The position numbers and the translations under genes were made by a program. A stretch of 64,000 nt of DNA from Candidatus Berkelbacteria bacterium. GTDB taxonomy: Bacteria; Patescibacteriota; UBA1384; XYA2-FULL-43-10; CAINNR01. This document shows positions 1-10,238 of the stretch, piece after piece (position 1 is the stretch's first letter; every line of letters starts with the position of its first letter). The stretch is taken from contig JBAXAF010000001.1 of NCBI GenBank assembly GCA_037142675.1, positions 28,543 to 92,542 of the forward strand, given 5' to 3'. The notes under the pieces are model-generated. The model saw only the letters and a list, made by a program, of their open reading frames with translations. It was not told where the DNA came from and did not search any database.

Positions 1-1
1 G

Positions 2-130
2 GGGCTAACCGGTGAACTCAAAAAGGTTATGGCTAGTGATAAACGCAAGAAAGAAGCCGAAGCATTAGGATTTAGTGTCTATTTCGGCTACAAGAATATT
101 AGTGCAGCACTAGAGAAGAATTTATTTTGA
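2..130 (+). CDS. radA: DNA repair protein RadA/Sms, C-terminal end (partial, runs off window start)
   Basis: Hand translation GLTGELKKVMASDKRKKEAEALGFSVYFGYKNISAALEKNLF* resembles the RadA C-terminal GLxGE...R..EA..LGF motif; not in ORF track. Confidence 0.7.
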   Translation, partial: GLTGELKKVMASDKRKKEAEALGFSVYFGYKNISAALEKNLF

Positions 131-136
131 CTTCTA

Positions 137-2950
137 CTAGAGAGTAGTTTTGAAAGAGTAGTCGTTCGAGCTAACTATATCGCCTGTAGAATTTATTGAT
201 ACAACTCGAAAATGGTAGGTTGTATTTGGTATCAGGGCTGACAGAGCTATTGAATGGTTGGCAATCAGAGATGAATTTTTGGAACTTGATTTGGTGTAAT
301 CGTTATAATTATCGTGGCCGATTGTATCGTAGAAAACTTGGCTAGTGCCGCCGGCGGAAGTTGACCAAGCAATAGTTGCGTCCGTGCTAGTTATACCCCC
401 GGATGAAGTACCCGAAATAGTGAAACTATTGTCAATAGAGAAGAAAGAGACCTCTTTGGTGTCAGCTGTGCCATTGTTGCCGGTAGCTGTCACCTTAAGT
501 ACGTGTCGGCCAGATGCTACCGAGTTAAAGTTAAAACTCATTGAATACGGTGCTACAGTGTCGGAGCCGATTGAGGTGGCATCAATAAAGAACTCGACTC
601 TTGAAGTATCTCCTGGTGAATTAGTCGATACACTAAGTGTTGAGTTGCCACTTAAGGTTTGATCAGCAGTCGGTGAGTTAATTGAAACTGAAATACTGGG
701 GCCAATATCACAAGTTCCTGCTGGCTCAGGGTTGTAGAGCCCATTGGCAACTGCCCAATCATGCACTGGGCCCTCCCAGCTAGGATTATTTGGCATTTCT
801 GAATGAATGTTTGAAAAAATTACTGTGTTAATTAGGTTGTCTGGTGTCCCATCCGGGGCCTTAAGGCCATTGGATTTACAAACCCGAACCGCCACATTGA
901 CATCATCTTTTTCGGTTGGCACTTGCCACGATGCAAAAATATCAGTCGTGGTTTCCTTTGAGAATTCTGTTGGTAATTTATTTGACCATTTTTCAACAGT
1001 TAGAGTTTGAATTCCAGCTGGAGCCACAAATTGTTCCACTGGTTTTCCGCTCATCGCTGCCGCCATAAATTGGTGGAAAATTGGAGCGGCAATAATAGAG
1101 CCATCAGCTCCGCTACTCATAGGCTTGCTACTGTTGTTTCCGGTCCATACACCAACTGCCAAAGAAGGAGTGAACCCCATTGTCCAAGCATCGCGAAAAT
1201 CGGAGGTCGTCCCGGTTTTTGTTGCGACTGGTCTATCAGAAAAATACAAAGGCGTTCTGGTCCCAAAGACCAATGACCTGGCGTTGTTGTCTGAAAGAAT
1301 ATTTTGCATTTGATAAGCGATTTGTGGGTCCAGGGCCTGCTTCCCCTTGTCTTCTTCGGGTTTGTATTCGTAAATTATCTTACCGCCATTGTCGAGGACT
1401 TTAAGTATTGGATGTAAGTCGTGATAAACGCCGTTGTTGGCAAAAGTAGCAAAGCCGTTAGTATGTTCTAGTGGCGAAACCTCGCCTACGCCCAGGCCAA
1501 GGGACAGGCCGTAGCGATCTTTTTGTGTCAGTGATGTGATTCCCATATCAGATGTGGTAGTCAAGACGTTTTCAATGCCGTCGATCGCAGTAGTTTTAAC
1601 CGCAGGAATATTTAGAGAGTTATCGAGTGCTAGTCTTGCAGTTATTGGTCCGTGAGTTCTGCCGTCATAGTTATGGGGAATGTAGCCACCGCCAAAGTCG
1701 GTTGTAAAATCAAATAGTATTTTGCTGGGTGAAAAATCTTTTCGCTTAAGTGCCGTGGCGTAAATATACGGTTTGAACGATGACCCCGGCTGGCGAAGCG
1801 AAGTTGCTACATTAACATTGCCATCGATTCCGGTATCAAAAAAATCTTTACTCCCGACCATCGATAAGACTTCACCGGTCTTGGGATCAATTGCTACCAG
1901 TGCGCCGTTTGATCCACCATATTTTGAAACTTTCGCCATGCCGTCGGTGACTGCTTGTTCAGCGAGTTTTTGAGTATTATAATCAAGCGATGTATAAATT
2001 GAAAGTCCTTCTTTTTCAGCTCGTTGTTCGCCAAACTGTGCCGCTGCCTGTTCCAAAACGTACATTGAAAAATGTGGTGCGAGCATAGACATTTTCCTCG
2101 GTTTGACAGCGGTACCAACCGTTGTTGTATCTTGTTTTTTGGCTGTATCAGCTTGATCCTTGGTGATATATTTCATTTTTACCATTTGGTCAAGGACGTA
2201 GTTTCTGCGGTAAATAAGTTTGTCGGTGTGTGTTCCGTATGGATTATAGTAAGTCGGTGATTGTGGAATAGCTGCGAGAGTTGCTGCTTGTGCCAAATCT
2301 AAGTCTTTGGCTGGCTTACCGTAATACATTGTTGCCGCAGCTTCGACGCCAGCAATCTGTCCGCCGTATGGGATTTCATTTAGGTACATAGTCATAATTT
2401 GATCTTTGGAGTACATGAATTCAAGTTCAACTGCCAAGATTGCTTCTTTAATTTTTCTAGAAATTGTTTGGTTGGAATATAGTAGGGCATTCTTAACATA
2501 TTGTTGAGTAATTGTTGATCCACCCTGTGATCCAGCTCCAATGTGAAAAATATCGTGAATTGCTGCTCTGGCGATGCCTTTAAAATTCAAACCATGATTT
2601 TGGTAGAATGATTGATCTTCAACTGAAACAGTAGCATCTTTAATGTTTTGCGGCATTTGATCAGAGGTAATAATTGTACGTTTTAGATCACCAGTCTCAT
2701 AGAGTAAAACTCCGTTTCTATCAAAGATCTTCGTCGATTGCGACGGCTTCATTTTAGAAATTTTATTTGGGGTTGGGAGATCTTTGGAATACCAAGCAAA
2801 AACCAGTGAAATAGACAGCAAAACCGCCAGCAGGGAGTAGCCGGTAATTATTAGTACCCGCTTTTTATCAATTGGCTTGCGCTTTTTCTTTGCACTATTC
2901 GACTTTGAGCGCAGCTTTAGTGGATTTAGCAGTCCAAAATTAAATGCCAT
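137..2950 (-). CDS. Class A penicillin-binding protein (PBP1A family) with C-terminal Ig-like and Fn3-like domains
   Basis: N-terminal TM; transglycosylase motifs EDQSFYQNHG, GGSTITQQYVKN, RKIKE; transpeptidase SSFK, SLN, KTGT. Confidence 0.95.
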   Translation of the reverse strand: MAFNFGLLNPLKLRSKSNSAKKKRKPIDKKRVLIITGYSLLAVLLSISLVFAWYSKDLPTPNKISKMKPSQSTKIFDRNGVLLYETGDLKRTIITSDQMPQNIKDATVSVEDQSFYQNHGLNFKGIARAAIHDIFHIGAGSQGGSTITQQYVKNALLYSNQTISRKIKEAILAVELEFMYSKDQIMTMYLNEIPYGGQIAGVEAAATMYYGKPAKDLDLAQAATLAAIPQSPTYYNPYGTHTDKLIYRRNYVLDQMVKMKYITKDQADTAKKQDTTTVGTAVKPRKMSMLAPHFSMYVLEQAAAQFGEQRAEKEGLSIYTSLDYNTQKLAEQAVTDGMAKVSKYGGSNGALVAIDPKTGEVLSMVGSKDFFDTGIDGNVNVATSLRQPGSSFKPYIYATALKRKDFSPSKILFDFTTDFGGGYIPHNYDGRTHGPITARLALDNSLNIPAVKTTAIDGIENVLTTTSDMGITSLTQKDRYGLSLGLGVGEVSPLEHTNGFATFANNGVYHDLHPILKVLDNGGKIIYEYKPEEDKGKQALDPQIAYQMQNILSDNNARSLVFGTRTPLYFSDRPVATKTGTTSDFRDAWTMGFTPSLAVGVWTGNNSSKPMSSGADGSIIAAPIFHQFMAAAMSGKPVEQFVAPAGIQTLTVEKWSNKLPTEFSKETTTDIFASWQVPTEKDDVNVAVRVCKSNGLKAPDGTPDNLINTVIFSNIHSEMPNNPSWEGPVHDWAVANGLYNPEPAGTCDIGPSISVSINSPTADQTLSGNSTLSVSTNSPGDTSRVEFFIDATSIGSDTVAPYSMSFNFNSVASGRHVLKVTATGNNGTADTKEVSFFSIDNSFTISGTSSGGITSTDATIAWSTSAGGTSQVFYDTIGHDNYNDYTKSSSKNSSLIANHSIALSALIPNTTYHFRVVSINSTGDIVSSNDYSFKTTL

Positions 2951-3066
2951 ATTTTTCCTTCTCTTTACATTATAATCGTTTGTCGGTACTATGTAAAATA
3001 GTTAATCGCTGTTTGTGAAAACTTTAATATTTTATGCCACAATTTGTGGACTGTCAAGCGTGAAAA

Positions 3067-4743
3067 ATGGAAGAATTAAAAAAACAAATTGAAGACGCAA
3101 TCAAGAATGTCGGATATGATCTTCCGGATAATTTTGATTTATCTGTACCGCCAAAGGACGATCTGGGTGATTATTCTACTTCCGTTGCTCTGACTATCGC
3201 TTCGATGAATAATGAAAATCCCAAAGAAACCGCTGAGAAGATTGTTGGTGAGCTAAAATCAGCTGAAATAGAAAAAGTTGAAATTGCCGGTCCGGGATTT
3301 ATTAATATAAAATTATCGAATAAGTTTTTTCATAATTATCTAGCATCAGTTTTGCAAATAGGTAGTAATTACGGAAAAAGTGATGTAGGCAAGGGGCAAA
3401 AAGTTTTAGTTGAATTTATTTCAGCTAATCCAACCGGCCCACTGCATATTGGAAATGCTCGTGGTGGCCCAATCGGCGAAGTGTTGTCCAATATCCTCGC
3501 TTGGCAGGGCTACACCGTTGAAAAAGAATTCTACGTTAATGATACCGGTAACCAAATTAAAAAGTTTGCTGATACGTTGTCTTATTATTACACAGTCAAA
3601 TCTGATCCAAAGTTTCATTTTCCTGAAGGTGGCTATCCGGGCGACTTCTTGAAGGAAGTTTCGGAAGAAATACAGACTGAGTACAAAACTGAGCTTTCCG
3701 ATCTTCATGATCATGAATTGTCGGGCTTTTTTGCTAAGGTGGGGCTGGAAAAAACTATTCGCCGAATTAAAGAAGATATTGAGGCCCTTGGGATTTCATT
3801 TGATCGCTTTGTTTATGAAAGTGATTTTTTAAACTCCGGCAAAAGTATGGAAATAGTCGATCAGCTGAAGGCCGATGGGCATACCGACAGTAGGGAGGGT
3901 GCTCTTTGGTTTACATCAAATGATTTGGACCCTAATGATCGCGAAACTGTGTTGCTGCGTTCCGATGCCGAAAAAACGCCGACATATTTTGCCACCGACA
4001 TTGCTTACCATAAAGATAAATTTGAGCGGGGGAATGATCGTTCAATCGACGTTTGGGGTGCTAATCATCACGGACATATTGCCCGGTTGAAAAGTGCGAT
4101 GAAAGCCATTGGCTGTGACGAAAGTAAATTATCGATTATTCTTTACCAAAATGTTCGGTTGAAAAAAGATGGTGAAACTAAACAAATGGGTAAGCGGCTG
4201 GGGAACTTTATCAATATTGCTGATTTAATTACCAAATTAAAAGTTCCGGCCGATGTCTTTAAATACACAATTATTTCTCAGGCGACTTCTTCAATAATTG
4301 ATTTTGATTTAGATTTAGCTCTTGAGCGTTCGGATAAAAACCCAGTCTACTACTTGCAATATGCTTATGCCAGAATTTGCAGTATATTGCGCAATGCTGA
4401 AAAAGGGGGCATTGCAGAGTTGGAAAAAATTGCAAACGGACAGGGGACGGTTAAGTCGGTCGATCTGGAAAAACTGACCGATAAAAAGGAAATTGCGCTA
4501 ATCAAAACTTTGGCTGGGCTCTCTGAGGCGTTGGAAAAGGCCTCCAGCGAATTTCAAATTCAGGCTCTCCCCCACTTCGCAACCGAAATTGCCAGGGGCT
4601 TCCATAACTTCTATGCCAACTGTCATGTACTTTCGGACGATAAAGAGTTAACTTGCTCTCGTCTGCTTTTAGTCTTAGCAACTCGCAATGTGTTGAAAAT
4701 ATCTCTGATGTTAATGGGGATATCAGCCCCAGAGAAGATGTAA
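3067..4743 (+). CDS. argS: Arginine--tRNA ligase
   Basis: VEFISANPTGPLHIGNARG, WGANHHGH, YLQYAYARICSI, ends APEKM. Confidence 0.97.
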   Translation: MEELKKQIEDAIKNVGYDLPDNFDLSVPPKDDLGDYSTSVALTIASMNNENPKETAEKIVGELKSAEIEKVEIAGPGFINIKLSNKFFHNYLASVLQIGSNYGKSDVGKGQKVLVEFISANPTGPLHIGNARGGPIGEVLSNILAWQGYTVEKEFYVNDTGNQIKKFADTLSYYYTVKSDPKFHFPEGGYPGDFLKEVSEEIQTEYKTELSDLHDHELSGFFAKVGLEKTIRRIKEDIEALGISFDRFVYESDFLNSGKSMEIVDQLKADGHTDSREGALWFTSNDLDPNDRETVLLRSDAEKTPTYFATDIAYHKDKFERGNDRSIDVWGANHHGHIARLKSAMKAIGCDESKLSIILYQNVRLKKDGETKQMGKRLGNFINIADLITKLKVPADVFKYTIISQATSSIIDFDLDLALERSDKNPVYYLQYAYARICSILRNAEKGGIAELEKIANGQGTVKSVDLEKLTDKKEIALIKTLAGLSEALEKASSEFQIQALPHFATEIARGFHNFYANCHVLSDDKELTCSRLLLVLATRNVLKISLMLMGISAPEKM

Positions 4744-4744
4744 T

Positions 4745-5155
4745 ATGAGTGAACATAAACTTCGAATTTCAGTTAAAGGCATTTTTAAGGACGCGAACAA
4801 TCGCGTTCTTTTGGTCAAGCTTGAAAGAAACAATCAGGATTTTTGGTCAGCACCTGGCGGCGGAGTAGAAGAAAACGAAACTGTTAAAGACACGTTGCTG
4901 CGGGAACTACGAGAAGAAACCGGATACTCCGGCGAAGTAGGGGAACTGATCTTTGTTCAAGATATTCGCTTTTCTTCCGGTACGCGTCAATTGGAACTAT
5001 TTTTTGAAGGAACTATTGACGAGCAAATCGACAAAAAACCGGAAGAGAGATATCAGTTTTTCACTGAAGAAGAATTCGGCGACATAGAATTCATGCCAAA
5101 GGATCTAAATCCATTTTCCGAACACAAAAAAATCCCCTTTTTCTCAGAGATCTAA
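4745..5155 (+). CDS. NUDIX hydrolase
   Basis: Nudix box GGGVEENETVKDTLLRELREETG. Confidence 0.93.
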   Translation: MSEHKLRISVKGIFKDANNRVLLVKLERNNQDFWSAPGGGVEENETVKDTLLRELREETGYSGEVGELIFVQDIRFSSGTRQLELFFEGTIDEQIDKKPEERYQFFTEEEFGDIEFMPKDLNPFSEHKKIPFFSEI

Positions 5156-5165
5156 GTAAAAATTC

Positions 5166-7316
5166 CTAAGTATCGAGTTCGAAGACTTTGGTGTCGGAGA
5201 TGAGCCAAAGTTTTTTTAGTTTTTCGTTGACAGCGAAACTGGTCAAATTCATACCATCTAAAACATATTGTTTTTGATAAGCGCCTGTTTTGGCGAATTG
5301 CAGAACACGGTTGGCTGATTTGTCCAAAATATATAGTGAGTTAGAACTTTGGTCGGTGAAGAACTTTGTCGGAGTGGTAATTTTTGTGTCTGGTGTGGGG
5401 ATTTCGGAAACGGCGAAAGTTGAGTCTTCTACTGATTTGGCGATTTTCACAACTGCCCCGTCTGATTTCAAGACCCAGACGTTACCGTCAACTGCCACGC
5501 TAGTGCTAGCCTTGAGTGAAATTGGCTGTTTGGTAATATAACTTACACCTTTTGAATAACTGCCGGAAGATAAGGTGTGTTTCCAAATTTGTCCTGCGTC
5601 ACCATCAAGTAAATAAATATTTGAGGAATAAACGGCAATGCCAGTTGATTTTTCCCAAGTCGCGTCGGCAGCCAGCTTGGTTTCGGCTATGGATTTAGCG
5701 CTAATATCTAATTTAACCACCGTCGGTTTATCGGTTAGCATTAGTAGTGAACTATCACTATCGTTATATACGGCGTCAGTAACCTTTCCTAGCTCTGCGC
5801 TCACCTGTCCATAGCTTTCGGAGGTTTTTGCCCTGGTGTCGTACTCGGCAATTTTACCGTCTGCCGATACTGAGAAAAGATTAGCGCCGACGGCATAGGT
5901 TTCAATTGAGTTATCGGAAAAAGAGAATATCGGGCTTACCCCAGTGGTAATTCTGGTTGCCATGTTAAGCGTGTCTAATTTTGCCTGTATTTGTGATAGC
6001 AAATTCTTGGCTTCATCAGCAATCGCTGGGGTTGAGGTTGCTTTAGCGGCGGCATCGCGAGCGGAAATTAATTTGTCTTTACCGTTGGTTTTTTTCAGCC
6101 CTAAATCGTCCAGCGCTTTAGAGTACAAACTTCTAGCAGAATCCAGGCTGGCGATGTTTTCGCCAGAAACGCCAACGCTTTGGTTTTTTTTGCTGTTCAT
6201 TTGGATCTTAATAAAACCAACTACAAGGAGCAAAACTAAAATGGCGATGTACAAGTATTTTCTGCTCTTTGGTTTGATTAAGGCCTTGGACCAAAGTGCC
6301 AAATTTGAAAAGAAATAAACTATATTTGATAGAAAGCTGGACCCGCTATTTGTTTTTCTATTAAAGTAATTTACTTTTGGCACACTGCCAAGACGTTCAG
6401 TAACCGGTCGCAAGGTTTTCCCGGAGGTGTCTTTGATTTTGCTGCCAACTTTTTCGGCCCCGGAATAAATTTTCGGCTGAATGTTTTTAGCCCAAAATTC
6501 TCCGGCTTTTCTAGCACCTCGGCCAGTAGCCTTGGCTCCACTGCTTAAGCTCTTAAAAAACATTTTTGTGTAATGAAGTGGCACGGAGTCGGGGATGTCG
6601 TCAAGAAAAATAATATCTGGCTTCTCATCTTCTTCAAGTTGGCTCTCAATGTCTCGTAAATCAAAAACCATTAAGTTAACGTCACGAATTTTGGACTTGC
6701 GAAGATTTTTTGTAATTTCAGTAATTGCGTCTTTGTAAGAAAAAGTCGCAAAAATCTGCCTTAGTCTATCTAACGACAAGTGCGAATAAAACTCGGTGTT
6801 TGCAATTATTACTTTATCTAACGCCGCTACGCTACCATCGATAATTGAAACAAAGGTTTTAAGTGGATGTGCTTCTTCGCCCTCGACTGGTTTTTCAGTA
6901 ATGTGAGAGATTTTATTGCCACGGAAAAGATAGCCGGAAATTCGGCCTGTTTGGGAAAAAATAAGCTCGTCGCCAGATATCAAGCCAATAATAGCGTTTA
7001 GCTTTCCAACCCATTCATGTTCGCCGGACTGTGAAACTTCACCAAGCGCGGCGTTTATTTTTTTAATTACAGTTTCGAAACTCTCGGCTTTGTCGGCACC
7101 CAGGTGCCAATCATCTCCCAAAGTTCCGACGATAGCATTTTTGATTTTTTCACCATCAACCCAGGGGGAGTCGATTTCAATTAAATAGAAAAAGCGATCC
7201 AAAGTGTCCTTTGGCTCGATTGTTCCAACGAAGAGAAATCGTTCCTTGTGCTTTCCCTTGGTCGCAATAGCCCCTATTCCAGCTACAAGATTTTTATCTG
7301 ACATATGTGTATGCAT
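5166..7316 (-). CDS. Membrane protein: PP2C-like N-terminal region, one TM, C-terminal NHL/beta-propeller-like domain
   Basis: 716 aa ORF; TM YLYIAILVLLLVVGFIKI; propeller-like repeats IYLLDGDAGQIWK, LYILDKSANRVLQF; domain calls by resemblance only. Confidence 0.6.
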   Translation of the reverse strand: MHTHMSDKNLVAGIGAIATKGKHKERFLFVGTIEPKDTLDRFFYLIEIDSPWVDGEKIKNAIVGTLGDDWHLGADKAESFETVIKKINAALGEVSQSGEHEWVGKLNAIIGLISGDELIFSQTGRISGYLFRGNKISHITEKPVEGEEAHPLKTFVSIIDGSVAALDKVIIANTEFYSHLSLDRLRQIFATFSYKDAITEITKNLRKSKIRDVNLMVFDLRDIESQLEEDEKPDIIFLDDIPDSVPLHYTKMFFKSLSSGAKATGRGARKAGEFWAKNIQPKIYSGAEKVGSKIKDTSGKTLRPVTERLGSVPKVNYFNRKTNSGSSFLSNIVYFFSNLALWSKALIKPKSRKYLYIAILVLLLVVGFIKIQMNSKKNQSVGVSGENIASLDSARSLYSKALDDLGLKKTNGKDKLISARDAAAKATSTPAIADEAKNLLSQIQAKLDTLNMATRITTGVSPIFSFSDNSIETYAVGANLFSVSADGKIAEYDTRAKTSESYGQVSAELGKVTDAVYNDSDSSLLMLTDKPTVVKLDISAKSIAETKLAADATWEKSTGIAVYSSNIYLLDGDAGQIWKHTLSSGSYSKGVSYITKQPISLKASTSVAVDGNVWVLKSDGAVVKIAKSVEDSTFAVSEIPTPDTKITTPTKFFTDQSSNSLYILDKSANRVLQFAKTGAYQKQYVLDGMNLTSFAVNEKLKKLWLISDTKVFELDT

Positions 7317-7361
7317 TCATTCTAACAGATTTTTTAGAAGTCAATCAAGCCACAGAAAACG

Positions 7362-7390
7362 TTGACAAAATATTCAATTAATGATATTCT
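7362..7390 (+). promoter_or_regulatory. Sigma70-type promoter of GC-rich unit U1
   Basis: TTGACA(7362-67)-17 nt-TATTCT(7385-90) with extended TG. Confidence 0.75.
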
Positions 7391-7444
7391 ATCTTAGCAA
7401 TTCAGCTTACCAATGAAGTTGCTAACGAGAGGACGTGATAAGCC

Positions 7445-7867
7445 ATGAATATGGCGAAGATTCAGGAAGCGCTTGCTGATGGTAAGAAGTTGGTGCTCAC
7501 GACGCGGGGCGGCAATTCGCGCGTTGCCGCACTTTGTCATCGGCGCTGCGAACCAGATCTCGGGTTCGATGTCGCCGGTACCTGGGCTGAGGCCGGTACA
7601 ATCTGGGATGCATTGGCCCAGCTCAATTTGAGTTTGATGTTCGGGCCGTGGACCTTTGAGCAGATGTATGGTGTTAATGGTCTGTTCCCGACGTGGTGGA
7701 TGGGCTACTCACCTGACTCGTATGGTCCGTTGGATAAGCTCATCCATGCTGGACATGTAGTGGATGTTCGCCAAACCGCCAACGGAAAGATCGAGCTGAC
7801 CGTTCCGGGTCTGGACTTCGAGATCGAGGCCGACAGCATCGAATTGGCATTCCTGGCAGTCAAGTAA
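7445..7867 (+). CDS. Hypothetical protein, GC-rich orphan unit U1
   Basis: 140 aa ORF, GAGG upstream, 39/60 GC in line 7501, own promoter and terminator. Confidence 0.75.
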   Translation: MNMAKIQEALADGKKLVLTTRGGNSRVAALCHRRCEPDLGFDVAGTWAEAGTIWDALAQLNLSLMFGPWTFEQMYGVNGLFPTWWMGYSPDSYGPLDKLIHAGHVVDVRQTANGKIELTVPGLDFEIEADSIELAFLAVK

Positions 7868-7889
7868 GGCGCCGACGGTGATATTTGCT

Positions 7890-7926
7890 GGCGGCGGTTC
7901 GCAGTTTGAACCGTCGCTTTTTTTAT
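7890..7926 (+). terminator. Intrinsic terminator of U1
   Basis: GGCGGCGGTTC-7nt-GAACCGTCGCT then TTTTTTAT. Confidence 0.8.
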
Positions 7927-7934
7927 CCGAAAAA

Positions 7935-8114
7935 CTACTTTGCCAAATCGCCTTCGTGGCCGTGGCCGGGTTTCACGATTTTCTTGGCATGATTTCTTGA
8001 ATCTTCTTGAATTGAATCACCAATATTAACAATCTTCTCAAACTTGCCGTCTTTGTCACGAACGGCATAAAAGTTCTTTTTACCGCCGACTTTAACGATG
8101 TCTCTTTTTGACAT
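7935..8114 (-). CDS. Small basic hypothetical protein (59 aa)
   Basis: MSKRDIVKVGGKKNFYAVRDKDGKF...PGHGHEGDLAK; GGAGG SD before ATG 8114, so shorter than the track ORF. Confidence 0.7.
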   Translation of the reverse strand: MSKRDIVKVGGKKNFYAVRDKDGKFEKIVNIGDSIQEDSRNHAKKIVKPGHGHEGDLAK

Positions 8115-8181
8115 AATTCCTCCATGCTTACTTTTATCTACCATAATTTTACCACATATGATATTATACAAATCATGATCA

Positions 8182-8235
8182 ACCCTGTTAAATGCGCCGT
8201 TAGCGCAATCTGCAGGGCAGATTATTTAACAGGGT
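8182..8235. repeat. Palindromic element family B, copy 1
   Basis: ACCCTGTTAAAT...ATTTAACAGGGT enclosing two small hairpins; second copy at 33079. Confidence 0.8.
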
Positions 8236-8247
8236 AAAAGGAGACAA

Positions 8248-9447
8248 ATGGAAATTTTAAGAAACATGTGGCGGAGGAAGTTTAGAACAGCTTTGACAAT
8301 TTTTGGAATTGTTATCGGAATCTTTGCATTTACCGTTATGGGTTCAATGGCTCTAAAGTTGAACAAAATGATCGATGGTGGAAAAAAGTATGTCACCGGT
8401 CAAATATCAGTTTCGCCAAAAGGTTCAGCTGGCTACGGAACTGCAACTGGGACATTGCCAATTGATACATTAAATAAAATTTCTGAGATTGATGGTGTTG
8501 ATAAGGTCGGAGCGCTGGTTTCGCTTTTAGTTGAGGACATGGACCCTGATAATATGTCAATGAATATGAGCGAGCCACCATCAGTGTACGGTCAGGATCT
8601 AAATTCCGATTTCAAAAACCGCAATTGGGAAACCATGACTATGAAGTCAGGAAAAATGCCTGACAAAGATTCAAAAGACAGCGATATTGCAGTCGGGGTA
8701 AATATTGCCACTGACAAGAAACTTGGCATCGGCGACAGTTATAAAATTCGCGGAAAAGATTTTAACGTTATCGGCATTGTCGACAAAACAATGACTGGGC
8801 CAGATAGCTATGTATTTATGGCAATTACACCGGCAAGGGAAATGCTAATTGAATCAAATCCGTTCATGAAATCACTTTACGCCAGCGGAAAATTAAAACT
8901 TGAAGATGTTAATTCCATGGCGGCAGTTTCCTGGAAAGATGGTGCTGATTCAGAAAAAGTAGCCAATGAAATCAAAAATAAATTTGGTAAGGATGTAACT
9001 GTTATGTCGCCAGTGAAAATGGGTGAGTTAATCGATAAAGCGTCTGCAACTATGAACGCAATTATTCTAGGTAGTGCAATGCTGGCGTTAATCGTTGGCC
9101 TATTCTCAATAGTAAATACTATGGTAATGTCAATTTCTGAACGAACTAAGGAAATTGGAATTAAAAAAGCTATTGGCGCATCGCCTTCTTCCATCGCCTG
9201 GGAGTACACAATGGAGGCCGGTATTATTGGCCTGGTTGGCGGAGCAATTGGCATGGGGTTCGGAGTTTTGGCTGCTACTATAATAAATAACAAATTGGCG
9301 GAAAAAGGGGCGGAAATATTTTTATTAGAACCTAGCTTTCTAATTGCGGTAATAGTATTCTCGTTTGTTGTTGGAATTATTGCTGGGGTAATTCCAGCGG
9401 TTAGAGCATCAAAACTGAAAGTGGTTGAGGCTATACGCGAACTATAA
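8248..9447 (+). CDS. ABC transporter permease, MacB/FtsX family
   Basis: RKFRTALTIFGIVIG, ISERTKEIGIKKAIGA, PAVRASKLKVVEAIR. Confidence 0.92.
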   Translation: MEILRNMWRRKFRTALTIFGIVIGIFAFTVMGSMALKLNKMIDGGKKYVTGQISVSPKGSAGYGTATGTLPIDTLNKISEIDGVDKVGALVSLLVEDMDPDNMSMNMSEPPSVYGQDLNSDFKNRNWETMTMKSGKMPDKDSKDSDIAVGVNIATDKKLGIGDSYKIRGKDFNVIGIVDKTMTGPDSYVFMAITPAREMLIESNPFMKSLYASGKLKLEDVNSMAAVSWKDGADSEKVANEIKNKFGKDVTVMSPVKMGELIDKASATMNAIILGSAMLALIVGLFSIVNTMVMSISERTKEIGIKKAIGASPSSIAWEYTMEAGIIGLVGGAIGMGFGVLAATIINNKLAEKGAEIFLLEPSFLIAVIVFSFVVGIIAGVIPAVRASKLKVVEAIREL

Positions 9448-9453
9448 ATGTTT

Positions 9454-9522
9454 TGTCATTCCGGACTTGATCCGGAATCTCTATCAAAAGTAATTAGATC
9501 CTGAATCAAGTTCAGGATGACA
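9454..9522. repeat. Palindromic repeat family A (TGTCAT...ATGACA double hairpin)
   Basis: TGTCATTCCGGACTTGATCCGGAATCT-spacer-GATCCTGAATCAAGTTCAGGATGACA; near-identical arms at 37986-38054. Confidence 0.85.
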
Positions 9523-9542
9523 ATCTGAAAAAAGGAAATATT

Positions 9543-10220
9543 ATGAATAAAATAGTTGTTGAAGCTAAGGGCATAGAAAAAAGTTATAAAATGTCAAAGC
9601 AAAATGTTGTTTGCGCCCTTTGTGGTGTTGATATTGAGGTGAAAGAAGGTGATTTCTCGGCGATAATTGGCCCTTCTGGTTGTGGCAAATCAACTCTAAT
9701 GCATATATTAGGTTTGCTAGATCGTCCAGACTCAGGAGTTCTCAAGATTGATGGAATTGATATGACAAAATTACCAGAGAAACAAGCTTTCAAAATGCGG
9801 GCAAAAAAGATCGGCTTTATTTTTCAAGGATTTAATTTGATTCCAACCTTAACTGCGATAGAAAATGTTGTCCTTGCTGGCCGTTATGGTGGAATGAAAA
9901 AAGCTGCCAGGCTGAATCGAGCAAAAGAACTTTTGAAGATGCTTGGCTTGACTGATCGTATTAATCACAAGCCAAGCGAGCTTTCTGGTGGCCAACAGCA
10001 AAGAGTGGCAATCGCTCGGGCTTTAATGAATGATCCGGCAATTATATTAGCCGATGAGCCAACAGGGGAGCTTGATTCAAAAACATCCATGGAGATCATG
10101 GATATATTAAAGAAACTTAACAGAGAAGATAACAAAACCTTTTTAATTGTTACTCACAATATGGAAGTCGCTGAAGCCTGCAAGAAGATTGTCAAACTAC
10201 GCGACGGTAAAAACGCCTAA
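9543..10220 (+). CDS. ABC transporter ATP-binding protein, LolD/MacB type
   Basis: [32 protein letters not shown]. Confidence 0.95.
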   Translation: MNKIVVEAKGIEKSYKMSKQNVVCALCGVDIEVKEGDFSAIIGPSGCGKSTLMHILGLLDRPDSGVLKIDGIDMTKLPEKQAFKMRAKKIGFIFQGFNLIPTLTAIENVVLAGRYGGMKKAARLNRAKELLKMLGLTDRINHKPSELSGGQQQRVAIARALMNDPAIILADEPTGELDSKTSMEIMDILKKLNREDNKTFLIVTHNMEVAEACKKIVKLRDGKNA

Positions 10221-10238
10221 GGTTTTTTAACAAGGTGG

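Noticed and set aside
8186-8231. TGTTAAAT/ATTTAACA as a dif site
   Set aside because: Resembles the XerD arm but occurs as widely spaced inverted arms with no XerC arm and 6-bp spacer
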